A stretch of 64,000 bases of DNA from Bacteroidia bacterium (GCA_026391555.1 JAPLEB010000124.1:66268-130267), one strand, 5' to 3'. Positions 1 through 10,268 are shown, counted from the first letter of the stretch. The notes: generated by a model not told the origin, from the sequence alone. Numbers and translations are program-made.

Positions 1-989
1 CATATCTGATTCTTTGCATTGTGATGAATTGCATTGATTAATTGACTCGTTTCCGCTTTAATCATTCTTTTAGTATGAGTTGTTGGATCATAAGAATTTA
101 GACCAAGATCAGCCCCCACCCAGTCAAAACTTTTGTCTCCTTTAAATTCAATATTGTCGATTAACCCATTGTATTCAATGAAAGCAGCCTTCGCTTCATC
201 AAGTTTGAATAATCCGATATTTGAAAAAATCCAACAATTTCCAGTTGGTGACTCATAGAATGAAAACCTGCAATAATAATCAAAATCTAATCTCTTATGA
301 AGAAAAGAACTTTCCAGATTATATATATTCTTGATAATAAGCTTTCCGGTTGGCTCAAGTGAACTTCTAATTTCCATTTCGTAAACTTTGGGTCCGCTTA
401 ACCATATTTTATCTCTGCCTGAAAAATCAATGCCGCAAATACTCAAGAAATCAATTGGATAAAATCTTTTATTCTCTAAGAAAATTTCAAAATGAGTAAA
501 CTTACCTGTTTTGATATCTCTCTTAAGAAGTTCATTCTTACTGATAATCCAGAGATTCCCATTATTGTCTAAATTCATATTAAGAATAGGTCCGGGATTA
601 TTTTCTCCGAAATCATCAATCAGTTTGAAGTTGTCATTAATTCTGTCATATAAATCAATATTTCCTGCTGCAGTTAAACCCCAAAGGTTATTGGCTTTAT
701 CAACAACCAGATTCGCGATTGAAAAATTTGAAATTGAATTTGAATCCCCGTGCACATGATAATAGTTCTTAAATTCATAACCATCATACCTGCTTAATCC
801 ATCCCAGGTTCCGAACCACAGAAACCCGGTGCTGTCTTCGGCTATTGCCCTTACATTGTTATGTGGCAATCCATTGTCTGTTGTGAATGTTTTAATAGTA
901 TAGTTCTGAGCAGGGAGATGAAGTACCGGAAGAAGTAAGATAAAAACTACCGGAAGCCATTTCTGTAATATTTTCTGTAGATAATGCAT
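1..989 (-). CDS. Sensor protein N-terminus with two-component-regulator beta-propeller (Reg_prop) repeats; 3' part runs off the left edge
   Basis: Absent from the ORF track because there is no stop in the window. Reverse complement from ATG at 989-987 reads MHYLQKILQKWLPVVFILLLPVLHLPAQNYTIKTFTTDNGLPHNNVRAIAEDSTGFLWFGTWDGLSRYDGYEF... This is a signal/TM segment followed by the G.(L/I)WFGT..GL.RY propeller repeat also present in the 5198-9280 and 43675-46851 proteins. Confidence 0.7.
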   Translation of the reverse strand, partial: MHYLQKILQKWLPVVFILLLPVLHLPAQNYTIKTFTTDNGLPHNNVRAIAEDSTGFLWFGTWDGLSRYDGYEFKNYYHVHGDSNSISNFSIANLVVDKANNLWGLTAAGNIDLYDRINDNFKLIDDFGENNPGPILNMNLDNNGNLWIISKNELLKRDIKTGKFTHFEIFLENKRFYPIDFLSICGIDFSGRDKIWLSGPKVYEMEIRSSLEPTGKLIIKNIYNLESSFLHKRLDFDYYCRFSFYESPTGNCWIFSNIGLFKLDEAKAAFIEYNGLIDNIEFKGDKSFDWVGADLGLNSYDPTTHTKRMIKAETSQLINAIHHNAKNQI

Positions 990-1010
990 TCTGAGTTTTG
1001 CCCTGTATGC

Positions 1011-2135
1011 TTACATTATGAAGTCAATATAGTTTTCATTTGATATAATCTCTAATGTTGATCCGGGATATATTTCTAAAAAATATTTTTGAATTTTGGC
1101 TTTTTCCTTTTTCCATTTAAACTCGTACCCTGCCAATTTCCCTCCCGATTCTTCTATAAGGTCAATCTCTTTCTGGTCGTATGTACGCCAGAAATAGCAA
1201 TTAACCAACATTTGTTTGTAGTTGTTCATCTTTCTTCGCTCAGAAATACAATAATTTTCCCAAAGTTTACCAATATCGTCCCTGATGGCTATGCGATTGT
1301 AATTAAGAATGACCGAATTACGAATACCATTGTCCCAGAAATAGAATCGAGGCGACTTGGTAAACTCTTTTCTTAGATTTCTGCTGAACCCATAATGAGT
1401 AAAAATTATAAAACATTTTTCCAGAAGGTCAAGATACCTGATAACAGTCTTGCGGTTAACTTGCAGAGAGGAAGCCAATTCAGAAAGTGAAACATCATTG
1501 CCGATCTGAAATGCAAGTAATCTGAGCAGATTCAGTATGAAAAGGGAATTTTTGACATTATCCAGTTCAAGAATATCCTTTAGCAAATATCCATTTTTTA
1601 TTGATTCGAGAACAGATATTCTTTCCTTATCAGAATCTGCTGTTATCACTTGTGGATAATACCCAAAAACGAGTCTGCTTTCAAGATTCTGCTTTTTTTG
1701 CAGAAAATCTTCATCCAATTCTGCCTGGGCAAAAGGGAAAAGGGATAAATTTTTGCTCCGTCCGGTCAAAGGTTCTCCTGTTTTACGGCTCAGATCTAAA
1801 GTAGAAGATCCGGTAATGAATATTCCTGTTTCAGGGATTGTGTCCACAATAAGTTTGAGATTTGTACCTATGTTAGGTATTTTTTGTGCCTCATCGATAA
1901 ATAATAGATCATACCCAGCAAGAAAATTTTTCAGAATAGACGTACGCTGACTTGATAATATTTCAGCTGCATCAAGATTTTCTCCATGCACTTTAAGTAT
2001 TTTTTTGTCATGTAATTCATTCCTGATTATTTCCATTATAACAGTCTTGCCGGTTCTTCGTGCACCTAATAATGCTGTTACGAATCCTGGCCGGATACTT
2101 CTGATTATCTCATCTTTTATAATTCTTGATACCAC
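1011..2135 (-). CDS. AAA+ ATPase with C-terminal DUF4143-type domain
   Basis: 374-aa ORF with Walker A GARRTGKT and Walker B LLFIDEAQ. The C-terminal half has the DUF4143-like pattern (FYFWDNG..., EIDLI). It sits 21 nt upstream of the sensor gene on the same strand. Confidence 0.8.
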   Translation of the reverse strand: MVSRIIKDEIIRSIRPGFVTALLGARRTGKTVIMEIIRNELHDKKILKVHGENLDAAEILSSQRTSILKNFLAGYDLLFIDEAQKIPNIGTNLKLIVDTIPETGIFITGSSTLDLSRKTGEPLTGRSKNLSLFPFAQAELDEDFLQKKQNLESRLVFGYYPQVITADSDKERISVLESIKNGYLLKDILELDNVKNSLFILNLLRLLAFQIGNDVSLSELASSLQVNRKTVIRYLDLLEKCFIIFTHYGFSRNLRKEFTKSPRFYFWDNGIRNSVILNYNRIAIRDDIGKLWENYCISERRKMNNYKQMLVNCYFWRTYDQKEIDLIEESGGKLAGYEFKWKKEKAKIQKYFLEIYPGSTLEIISNENYIDFIM

Positions 2136-2315
2136 TATGTCGGAATTATTATAAATACCGACATCAAAGGTAATATATTTTTTGATTTCTTGTCATTTAT
2201 AATAGATTTTAAAATTCATAAAATCACAAAGAATTGGTTTTATGAATATACTTTCCTGAAAAGAAAAGCTAATTTTGATGATATAATATATGACAGAGAA
2301 AGGCAACCAAATTTT

Positions 2316-4331
2316 ATGGATTTCAAACTTATATCCGATTTTCAACCAACCGGCGACCAGCCTGAAGCTATAAAACAACTTGTAGAAGGTCTTGAAAAAG
2401 GAGTTCCTTTCCAAACACTTCTTGGCGTGACAGGTTCGGGTAAGACTTTCACAATTGCCAATGTAGTTGAGAGGGTTAATCGGCCCGTTCTTGTATTAAG
2501 CCATAATAAAACTCTGGCTGCACAGCTTTATGGAGAGTTCAAGCAGTTCTTTCCTGAAAACAGGGTTGAGTATTTCGTCTCATATTACGATTATTATCAG
2601 CCTGAAGCATATCTACCTGTATCAGATACTTATATAGAGAAAGACCTCTCAATTAACGAGGAAATAGAAAAGCTGCGGCTGAGCGCTACTTCATCACTGC
2701 TCTCGGGCCGTAACGATGTCATTGTTGTATCATCCGTCTCCTGCATTTATGGCATCGGTAACCCTGATGATTTTCATTCAAATACGGCCCATATCAGGAA
2801 AGGCCAGAATATCGGAAGAAATCTTTTCCTGAGGAAGCTTGTTGATAGCCTCTATTCACGTAACGAACTAGAATTTAAACATGGCACATTCAGAGTTCGC
2901 GGAGATACCGTTGATATCTTTCCTGCCTACGCCGACATAGCAGTAAGGGTGGTATTCTTCGGCGACCAGATTGAAGAGATAAATACTTTTGATCCTATTG
3001 ATGGTCACAGGCTTGACATACTGATTGAATACATAATATATCCTGCAAATATCTTTGTTACAACAAGGGAGAGAATTAACCTGGCCGTCAGCGATATACA
3101 GGATGACATGGTTCGCCAGGTTACGCATTTTAATGATATTGGTAAAAAGGAAGAGGCTAAAAGACTTGAACAAAGAGTGTTGTACGACCTTGAGATGATA
3201 AAGGAACTTGGCTATTGCAGCGGCATAGAAAATTATTCGCGGTATTTTGACGGAAGAAAACCGGGGACCAGGCCTTTCTGCCTGCTCGACTATTTTCCCG
3301 ATAAATTCATTACAGTAATTGATGAAAGTCATGTCAGTGTCCCTCAGATAAGAGCTATGTTCGGAGGCGACCATTCACGAAAACAGACTCTTGTTGAATA
3401 TGGATTCAGATTGCCGTCAGCGCTCGACAACAGGCCAATGAGGATTGAAGAATTCGAGTCGCTAACAGGCCAGACAATCTTTGTAAGTGCCACACCGGCT
3501 GATTATGAGCTGGAAAAGAGTGAAGGGGTTTTTGTTGACCAGGTAATCAGACCGACAGGTCTTCTTGATCCGCCAATTGAGGTGCGTCCCAGCCTTAACC
3601 AGATTGATGACCTGATGGCTGAGATCAGGGCACGCACCAAAGCAGGGGAGAGGACCCTTGTAACAACTATTACCAAAAGAATGGCTGAAGAGCTCTCTTC
3701 TTACCTGATAAGGTTTGATATAAAATGCAGTTACATCCACTCTGATATCGACACCCTCGATCGTATTGATATTATGGAAGAGCTTCGTACAGGTTCGATT
3801 GATGTTCTGGTCGGAGTCAACCTGCTCCGGGAAGGACTTGATCTTCCTGAAGTATCGCTTGTAGCCATTCTTGATGCCGATAAGGAAGGATTTCTCAGAT
3901 CATCGCGTTCACTTACCCAGACTTCAGGAAGAGCCGCACGTAATCTGAATGGTAAGGTAATAATGTATGCCGATAAAGTCACCCGGAGCATGCAGCAGAC
4001 TATTGATGAAACCAACCGGCGACGGGAAAAACAGCTGAAATACAATGAGGAGATGGGGATAACACCTACCCAGATCTCAAAGAAAACAGGATCAATTCTC
4101 AGCGGTCTGAGCAAAAAAGGGTTGGCTGCCAAAGCTTATATTGAGCCATCCAAACCTGATATTGCAGCAGATCCTGTTGTAAAGTATATGAACAGCGAGG
4201 CTCTTGAAAAAGCAATAGAAAAGACCAGAAAGAGTATGGAGAAAACTGCTGCCGAGCTTGATTATGTAGAGGCAGCCCGGTTCAGGGATGAGATGGCTGT
4301 TCTTCAAAAGCTGCTGAGAAGTAAATCATAG
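2316..4331 (+). CDS. uvrB: Excinuclease ABC subunit B
   Basis: Conserved UvrB N-terminus begins at ATG 2316 (MDFKLISDFQPTGDQPEAIKQL). Walker A GVTGSGKTFT, helicase motifs and a C-terminal UVR motif (EAARFRDEMAVL) are present. The track ORF starts at TTG 2190, but those 42 extra codons look non-coding. Confidence 0.96.
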   Translation: MDFKLISDFQPTGDQPEAIKQLVEGLEKGVPFQTLLGVTGSGKTFTIANVVERVNRPVLVLSHNKTLAAQLYGEFKQFFPENRVEYFVSYYDYYQPEAYLPVSDTYIEKDLSINEEIEKLRLSATSSLLSGRNDVIVVSSVSCIYGIGNPDDFHSNTAHIRKGQNIGRNLFLRKLVDSLYSRNELEFKHGTFRVRGDTVDIFPAYADIAVRVVFFGDQIEEINTFDPIDGHRLDILIEYIIYPANIFVTTRERINLAVSDIQDDMVRQVTHFNDIGKKEEAKRLEQRVLYDLEMIKELGYCSGIENYSRYFDGRKPGTRPFCLLDYFPDKFITVIDESHVSVPQIRAMFGGDHSRKQTLVEYGFRLPSALDNRPMRIEEFESLTGQTIFVSATPADYELEKSEGVFVDQVIRPTGLLDPPIEVRPSLNQIDDLMAEIRARTKAGERTLVTTITKRMAEELSSYLIRFDIKCSYIHSDIDTLDRIDIMEELRTGSIDVLVGVNLLREGLDLPEVSLVAILDADKEGFLRSSRSLTQTSGRAARNLNGKVIMYADKVTRSMQQTIDETNRRREKQLKYNEEMGITPTQISKKTGSILSGLSKKGLAAKAYIEPSKPDIAADPVVKYMNSEALEKAIEKTRKSMEKTAAELDYVEAARFRDEMAVLQKLLRSKS

Positions 4332-4403
4332 CTTTTTTAATTTCAGATCATTCAGATATTCTGAAGGTGTTTTTCCAAATTGCTTCCTTCAGTCTAATAT
4401 ACC
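4326..4403 (-). pseudogene. Decayed duplicate of the 3' end of the HTCS gene (AraC-type HTH tail)
   Basis: 4326-4387 matches 5198-5259 with 3 mismatches in 62 nt. The minus-strand translation is RKQFGKTPSEYLNDLKLKKL*, versus RKQFGKTPSDYLNDLKLKKL* in the intact gene. 4388-4403 then matches 5358-5373, so 98 nt are missing relative to the intact copy. Confidence 0.7.
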
Positions 4404-4414
4404 CTCTATTTTCG

Positions 4415-4816
4415 CTATCGTTCTATCCAGTTTTCAATTTTAACTTTCGATATTCGACTAAGATGTTTTTTGTTTTCTGTCACTAAAATTAAATTATTTG
4501 CTACCGCAGTTGTTCCAATCAGGATATCAAAATCGTCAATAAGTTTTCCGGTTTTTTTCAGTCTTGCTTTCTCTTTTGCATAAATGCTTAATGAATTAAA
4601 AATTGGAACTATTGTGATTACATTGGCAAAATCATCGACCATTCTCATGTTCTCATCGATTCGATCACTACATTCTGCTCCATATTTAAGTTCGGCCAGA
4701 GTCACTTCAGAAATACAACAGTTTTTTAAACCAACTTTTTTAAATTGTTCATTCAAACCATATTTCCCTTTTAAGAAAAACACACAAATATTGGTGTCCA
4801 AAAGAAATTTTTCCAT
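4415..4816 (-). CDS. vapC: PIN-domain toxin, VapC family (type II toxin-antitoxin)
   Basis: 133 aa. N-terminal LLDTN acidic motif, later conserved acidic residues (AELKYG, DDFDILIG) and a size typical of VapC. It lies 4 nt downstream of a small partner ORF. Confidence 0.85.
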   Translation of the reverse strand: MEKFLLDTNICVFFLKGKYGLNEQFKKVGLKNCCISEVTLAELKYGAECSDRIDENMRMVDDFANVITIVPIFNSLSIYAKEKARLKKTGKLIDDFDILIGTTAVANNLILVTENKKHLSRISKVKIENWIER

Positions 4817-4820
4817 TTAC

Positions 4821-5069
4821 TCAAAATGCTTCAATGGTGCGATTAAATGTTCTGCTTTCCCTAATCTCCTTTATAAGTTCTTCAGCACTTTTTTTAGACT
4901 CAAAAGCTCCAAAAAATTTATCAACAATATTTTCATTGTCAGTAGCTTCGTCAATAATAGAATTTGAGAGTTTTGCTATTAACTTTAATTTATTTTCCTT
5001 GCTCAAACTACTAAGCAATCCAAAATAGTTATCAATCAATATTGCATTCGTATTAGATCTCATATTCAA
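4821..5069 (-). CDS. Putative antitoxin partner of VapC
   Basis: 82-aa ORF immediately upstream of vapC on the same strand, with a 4-nt gap. Assigned by position and size only; no recognisable DNA-binding motif. Confidence 0.55.
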   Translation of the reverse strand: MNMRSNTNAILIDNYFGLLSSLSKENKLKLIAKLSNSIIDEATDNENIVDKFFGAFESKKSAEELIKEIRESRTFNRTIEAF

Positions 5070-5197
5070 ATGTTTTTACAAATATACTATATTTTCAAGG
5101 TAATTTTTTTCTCTATAAACTTTCTTTTCAGTTACCGCATTTTGTACACATCCTGATTAGCATGGTTCTTGGACATGAATACATTCCATTAGTCATC

Positions 5198-8100
5198 TCA
5201 TAGCTTTTTTAGTTTCAGATCATTCAGATAATCTGATGGTGTTTTTCCAAATTGCTTCCTGAAGCTGGTTGTAAAGTATGAATGAGAATTGAAACCAACA
5301 GCAAACCCAATTTCATCAACATTTGCATTTCCTTCATTCATCAGTGTGATTGCTTTCTTCAGTCTTATATACCTTACAAATTCTGTGGGTGATTGATTGG
5401 TTAATACTTTAATTTTTCTGTATAAAGAGCTGGTACTTATACTCAGGCTTGCTGCAAGATTGTCAACAACAAAAGTCTTGTCATTCAGGTGTTTTTCAAC
5501 AATTGAAGTTGCTTTTTCAATTAACAGCCTGTCGGAGTACAGAGGTTCCATCCCGTTTTTCCATTCAGAATCTGATACTGAAAATACCTCCCTGAGTTTT
5601 ACACGTGCTCTGATCAGACTATCTATCTGGGCCAGGAGAATATTTTCATTAAATGGTTTGGTTATGTAGGCATCTGCCCCGGTACTGAAGCCTCCAATCT
5701 GTTTTTCAGGTTCACTTAGAGCTGTTAACAAAATAACAGGGATATGACTGCTTCTGATGTCGTTTTTAAGCTGCCGGCAGACTTCAAAACCATCCAGATG
5801 TGGCATCAGGATATCGGTAATTACTAAATCGGGAATAATTATCAACGCGGCTTCCAGTCCTTGCTTTCCGTTTGCAGCAGTAAAAATCCGGTATTCATGC
5901 TTTAATAGGTTTTTAAGATAGTTTCTGAGCTCATGATTATCTTCAATAATTAAGATAGAGATTGTTTTCTCTTTTTCAGAAAGAGTAACAAGCTCTTTAC
6001 CAACTTCTCCTGATTGGAGTTTATTTTTGGGTGATTCAATGTAATCCGATGATTCTGTTGCTTTATCAAATCCCTCTTTTAGGGGAAGACAGATTGTGAA
6101 AGTCGATCCGGTGCCCATTTTTGATTTAACTCTGATGTTACCCTTATGCATTCGGGTATATTCATTTGCCATGTGCAACCCGATTCCTGTTCCGGATGAT
6201 TGATGATTTTCTCCCTGTTCAAACCGTTCAAAAATCAATTTGATCTCGGCAGGCACTATCCCTGCTCCCGTGTCAGTGACTTCAACACAAACGATATTGC
6301 CATCGACAGGTTCTCCTATTTGAACAGAATCATCAGTTAATTCAGCTGAATGTGAACAAAATACGGTTACACTGATCATTCCGTTTTCCCCTGTAAACTT
6401 CATTGCATTGGAAAGAATATTGAAGATTATTTTATCTGTTTTTTCGGGATCTATATCCACAATCAATTTTTCAGCTTCAGGGTTAAATATTAAATGGATA
6501 TGTTTGTCTTTGGCTTCCATTTCAAAGCAACTGATTACTTCCCTGCAGAGTGCTATCAGATCTGATTTTTTTGGCTGGAATACAGCTTTCCCCAATTCGA
6601 TTTTACGAATATCTATGAGCTGGTTGATTAACCGCAGGAGACGGTTTGAATTTCGATGCATGGTTAACAGGTGCTCCCTGACGTCAGGTTCTAAACTGAA
6701 TTTTTCAAGTAAAAGATTAACTGGTGAAGAGATTAGTGTGAGTGGTGTCCTGAACTCATGCGAAATGTTGGTAAAAAACCGTAGTTTCATATCCTGAATC
6801 TGTGCTTCAGATTCACGCAGAAGCCGTTCAAGCAAAAGTTCCTTTTTAAACCGTTGACGTTCGATGATGCCTTTCCTTAGAAAGTAGAAGACCAGGACTA
6901 AAACTGCTGTATAAACAAGATAGGCATATATTGAAAACCAGAATGGAGGAGAAATGGTTATCTTTAATTGAGTCGGGGTGTTATTCCACAAGTTATCATT
7001 GTTACAGGCAATAACTTCAAACAGGTAATTCCCTGGCGGAATTTTGGTAAAAGTGGCATAATTCAGAGTTCCGGCATCAACCCAGTTATTGTCATAGTTT
7101 ATTAACCGGTACTTAAATCTGTTTTTATCCGGCAACAAAAAGTTATTGGCGACGAAGCTAAAAGAAAGCGAGTTCTGGCGGTAGGAAAGGTTTAGAACAC
7201 TTTCCGTCTGAAGTGTGGTTTTTAACGGACTACCCTCAGTATGGTTATCAACCGGGTTATTATTTACAGACAATAATGTTAAAATAACTTTTGGAGGAAC
7301 AGGATTGCTTTTCATCTGTTCCGGAGTAAAAAACGTAAACCCTTTGGTATCACCAAAAAGTATTTCATCGCGACTCGTCTTAAATGCAGCTCCTGGATTA
7401 AACTGGTTTCCCTGCAACTCATCCTCGCGATAGAAATTCCGAAAGGTATGCAGAACCGGATTAATATTTGTGATTCCGTTATCTGTACTTATCCAGAGCA
7501 ATCCATTTTTATCTTCCTGAATACCATAAACATCATCACCTGCCAATCCGTCTTCTCTCCGGAATGCCTCAAAAGTATCTGTTTCATGATTGTACTTATT
7601 TACCCCCCCTCCTCCGGTTCCAATCCAGATCATTCCTTGTTGATCCTGATACAGCGTAAATATTTCGTCACTGCTAATAGAATTGATCTCATTTGGGCGG
7701 TAGTTGAATCGTTGAAACCGACCGGTTTTTGAATTGAGGCGATTCAAACCGCTGTTGGTTCCAACCCATAAACTATTGTCTTTTGTAACAATGACAGCCC
7801 GGATAAAATTATTACTTATTGAGGTTGTATCGCCGTTAATTGAAGTATACTTACTCATATATCCGGTACTGGGATTGTAATGGTATAATCCGGTTCCGAA
7901 TGTACCTATCCATAATCCGCTATCCGATTTTTCGAGTGCATAAACACTGACTCTCAGATTGCCAAAATTGCTTAAACGTCGTAAAACCTTCTCATTTTTA
8001 AGTTGATACCACAATCCATCCAGGAATGTGCCCACCCATAAGGTTTCGGTTTTTTTATCAAACAGAAGTGATTTAATATTTTCAATCCTTGTCCCGTTCT

Positions 8101-9280
8101 CTGTCTTGAAAGGAATATTTATCATTCTGTTGGAACTACGATCCAGCTTATTCAGATTTCCGAACTCAGTTCCAATTAAAACAGTTCCATCATTTTTTTC
8201 AGCAAATGAACTTATATACTCATCATTAACTTCCGAATCAGCCTGATCTTTCCGGGAGTGGATAAAATGATTATCAAAATCCGACCGGTATGCAAGACCT
8301 CCTGACCATGTTCCGATCCATATTCCATTCTTTGAATCACGAAATATTGAGTAAATACTGCTATAAGGCAATCCGGATATTTCCTGCGGTAACATATTAA
8401 AAATTTTATCATGGTCAATTATTGACATCCCTTTATATGTTGAAACCCAGATTCGCCCCGATTCATCTTTATAAATATCGCGAACCCTGTTATGATGAAT
8501 TTTATTAAGGTCTTCAGGATTACTGCCGAAATGGGTTATTAAACTTCCCTGCAACCCGGTGAAATCCAGTCCTGCCCAGTTATACCCGATCCAAATGCCA
8601 CCATCATCAGCGAAAATCTTGCCAATCGATTCGGAACGGTGTTTGCAAAACGTATTTACCTGCTGATTGGATTCGTCATAAAGCCATACAGTCCCATTTG
8701 AACCTCCAATCCATACATTCCCTTTTCTATCATAGGCAGCACTTGTAAAAGACTCATCAGATATTTTTTCAATAAGAATCTTTTCGAATTGATTTGTTTC
8801 TAAATTGAGTTTTCCAAGCATAATTGAACTTAAAAGGTAAATAGTTTTACCTTTTCCCTGAAGAATATTGAATATGCTGGATCCAAGGTGTTCTCCTGAT
8901 TTATCATGAAATACTTTTTGCACAAACTCATCTTTTGCGTTATCATAAACACATAATCCATTGGATGTTCCTACCCAGAGAGTTCCTTTTGCATCGCAGA
9001 AAATAGAACGTATTGAATTATTTGGAAGAGTTGTGGAATCCTTTGGATTATTAATAAATTTTTTTACATCCCTTGTATTATACCTGTATAAGCCACGGGT
9101 TGTTCCAAACCATATAAAACCTGTTGAGTCTTCTCCTATTGTATTAATAGCTCCATAAGTAAATCCACCTACAGGAGATATCCTACGAAATGACATATTA
9201 TGATTCTTAGAATCTAAGCCAAAAGAGACGGTTATTGCGCAACCTGAAATAAACAGGATAAAGAGAATTTGTTTAAACAT
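5198..9280 (-). CDS. Hybrid two-component system regulator (Reg_prop propellers, Y_Y_Y, TM, HisKA/HATPase, REC, AraC HTH)
   Basis: 1360 aa. Repeated G.IW(I/V)GT propeller motifs, FKYRLINYDNNW (Y_Y_Y) and one TM are present. The H-box is FFTNISHEFRTPLT, with HATPase G-boxes (DTGAGI, GTGIGL), a REC domain (ILIIEDN...DLVITDILMP) and a C-terminal AraC HTH. It is divergent from the SusC/SusD pair. Confidence 0.9.
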   Translation of the reverse strand: MFKQILFILFISGCAITVSFGLDSKNHNMSFRRISPVGGFTYGAINTIGEDSTGFIWFGTTRGLYRYNTRDVKKFINNPKDSTTLPNNSIRSIFCDAKGTLWVGTSNGLCVYDNAKDEFVQKVFHDKSGEHLGSSIFNILQGKGKTIYLLSSIMLGKLNLETNQFEKILIEKISDESFTSAAYDRKGNVWIGGSNGTVWLYDESNQQVNTFCKHRSESIGKIFADDGGIWIGYNWAGLDFTGLQGSLITHFGSNPEDLNKIHHNRVRDIYKDESGRIWVSTYKGMSIIDHDKIFNMLPQEISGLPYSSIYSIFRDSKNGIWIGTWSGGLAYRSDFDNHFIHSRKDQADSEVNDEYISSFAEKNDGTVLIGTEFGNLNKLDRSSNRMINIPFKTENGTRIENIKSLLFDKKTETLWVGTFLDGLWYQLKNEKVLRRLSNFGNLRVSVYALEKSDSGLWIGTFGTGLYHYNPSTGYMSKYTSINGDTTSISNNFIRAVIVTKDNSLWVGTNSGLNRLNSKTGRFQRFNYRPNEINSISSDEIFTLYQDQQGMIWIGTGGGGVNKYNHETDTFEAFRREDGLAGDDVYGIQEDKNGLLWISTDNGITNINPVLHTFRNFYREDELQGNQFNPGAAFKTSRDEILFGDTKGFTFFTPEQMKSNPVPPKVILTLLSVNNNPVDNHTEGSPLKTTLQTESVLNLSYRQNSLSFSFVANNFLLPDKNRFKYRLINYDNNWVDAGTLNYATFTKIPPGNYLFEVIACNNDNLWNNTPTQLKITISPPFWFSIYAYLVYTAVLVLVFYFLRKGIIERQRFKKELLLERLLRESEAQIQDMKLRFFTNISHEFRTPLTLISSPVNLLLEKFSLEPDVREHLLTMHRNSNRLLRLINQLIDIRKIELGKAVFQPKKSDLIALCREVISCFEMEAKDKHIHLIFNPEAEKLIVDIDPEKTDKIIFNILSNAMKFTGENGMISVTVFCSHSAELTDDSVQIGEPVDGNIVCVEVTDTGAGIVPAEIKLIFERFEQGENHQSSGTGIGLHMANEYTRMHKGNIRVKSKMGTGSTFTICLPLKEGFDKATESSDYIESPKNKLQSGEVGKELVTLSEKEKTISILIIEDNHELRNYLKNLLKHEYRIFTAANGKQGLEAALIIIPDLVITDILMPHLDGFEVCRQLKNDIRSSHIPVILLTALSEPEKQIGGFSTGADAYITKPFNENILLAQIDSLIRARVKLREVFSVSDSEWKNGMEPLYSDRLLIEKATSIVEKHLNDKTFVVDNLAASLSISTSSLYRKIKVLTNQSPTEFVRYIRLKKAITLMNEGNANVDEIGFAVGFNSHSYFTTSFRKQFGKTPSDYLNDLKLKKL

Positions 9281-9371
9281 TAATTGATTGTAATTGTTTA
9301 GCTGCTAAGATAAGAAAATTGTTTGTAAATGACTGACTTTTATCTTTTTACTTTTGTCTTTTATCTTTTAT

Positions 9372-9399
9372 CTTCTGCATGAATAATGCAGGTTAAATA
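9372..9399 (+). repeat. Solo IS-end-like motif (cttctgcatgaataatgcaggttaaata), exact copy of 56323-56350
   Basis: 28-nt exact repeat. It carries the ATGAATnAnnCAGG terminal consensus shared with 10875-10891, 43608-43624 and 56198-56214. It is preceded by tttatc/ttttac word repeats. Confidence 0.6.
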
Positions 9400-9479
9400 T
9401 TGAAATTTTTACTCAATTTAAAGCCGGGTTATTAATTTTATCTTATTTTGGCAGGCAAATAACTACAAAAAAGCAAAAT

Positions 9480-10268
9480 ATGAGAGGAAAACTATTAATC
9501 AGTTTGGCATTGCCGTTGCTGGGGAGCAATGCTCTTTTTTCGCAAACAAAACCCAATGTGCTGTTTATCATGACCGACCAGCAATCGTATAACATGATGA
9601 GCTGCATGGGGAATTAATGGCTAAGTACGCCGAATATGGACAAAATTGCCAATATGGGGTATAGGTTTGATAAAACATATTGCGTTAATCCTGTTTGTAT
9701 GCCCTCAAGATTTTCTTTGCATACCGGGCATTACGCTTCAGAAGTTGGAGTTAAAGAAAATACCATTATTGTTTTCACATCCGACCATGGAGATATGAAC
9801 GGTGCGCATGGATTAGTTACAAAGAACGTTTTGTTTGAAGAATGTCAGCGTGTGCCATTGATTTTTGCAGGCAAAGGAATTAAACCCAACTTTGCGGATA
9901 AAACAACCTTGGTTTGCAACGGGTTAGACTTCCTTCCAACCATCTGTGATCTCATCGGAATAGCAATTCCGGAAGGTCTTCCTGGAATTTCACTAAAACC
10001 ATTTCTTACCGGCGAGGGTCAAAAACCCGAACGTAAATTCATTATTACCGAAGACTATAATGGCTACCAGATCAATGATGGAAGGTACAAATACTCCATC
10101 TATGAACTGCCCGGATACCCGGAAATGCTGACCGATCTGCAAACGAACCCGGGTGAAACAATCAATTATTCAAACAACCCAACTTATAAAGACATTAAAT
10201 CAGGACTAAAAAATATATTAATGGATGATTTAACCAGACGTGGACTTACACCTTTGAAACAGGAATAA
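9480..10268 (+). pseudogene. Decayed S1 sulfatase, paralog of the 25038-26477 gene
   Basis: Same frame throughout. There is an in-frame TAA at 9615-9617, where the paralog has AAA (GN*W vs GNKW). 197 codons between two ENT-coding sites are missing. Residues otherwise align closely (MTDQQSYNMMSCMGN, SRFSL.TGHYASEVGVKENT, IIVFTSDHGDMNGAHGL). Confidence 0.85.

Noticed and set aside
511-759. 82-aa plus-strand ORF near the left edge.
   Set aside because: It lies inside the minus-strand propeller-sensor gene (1-989), whose translation shows clear Reg_prop repeats.
2190-2315. N-terminal extensions given by the ORF track (uvrB from TTG 2190; also 10898 for susC, 35176 for the oxidoreductase, 59073 for the FAD oxidoreductase, 61357 for the lipoprotein).
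   Set aside because: Conserved N-termini or signal/Tat/lipobox motifs begin at internal ATGs (2316, 10934, 35221, 58929, 61393). The extra residues look like translated intergenic DNA.
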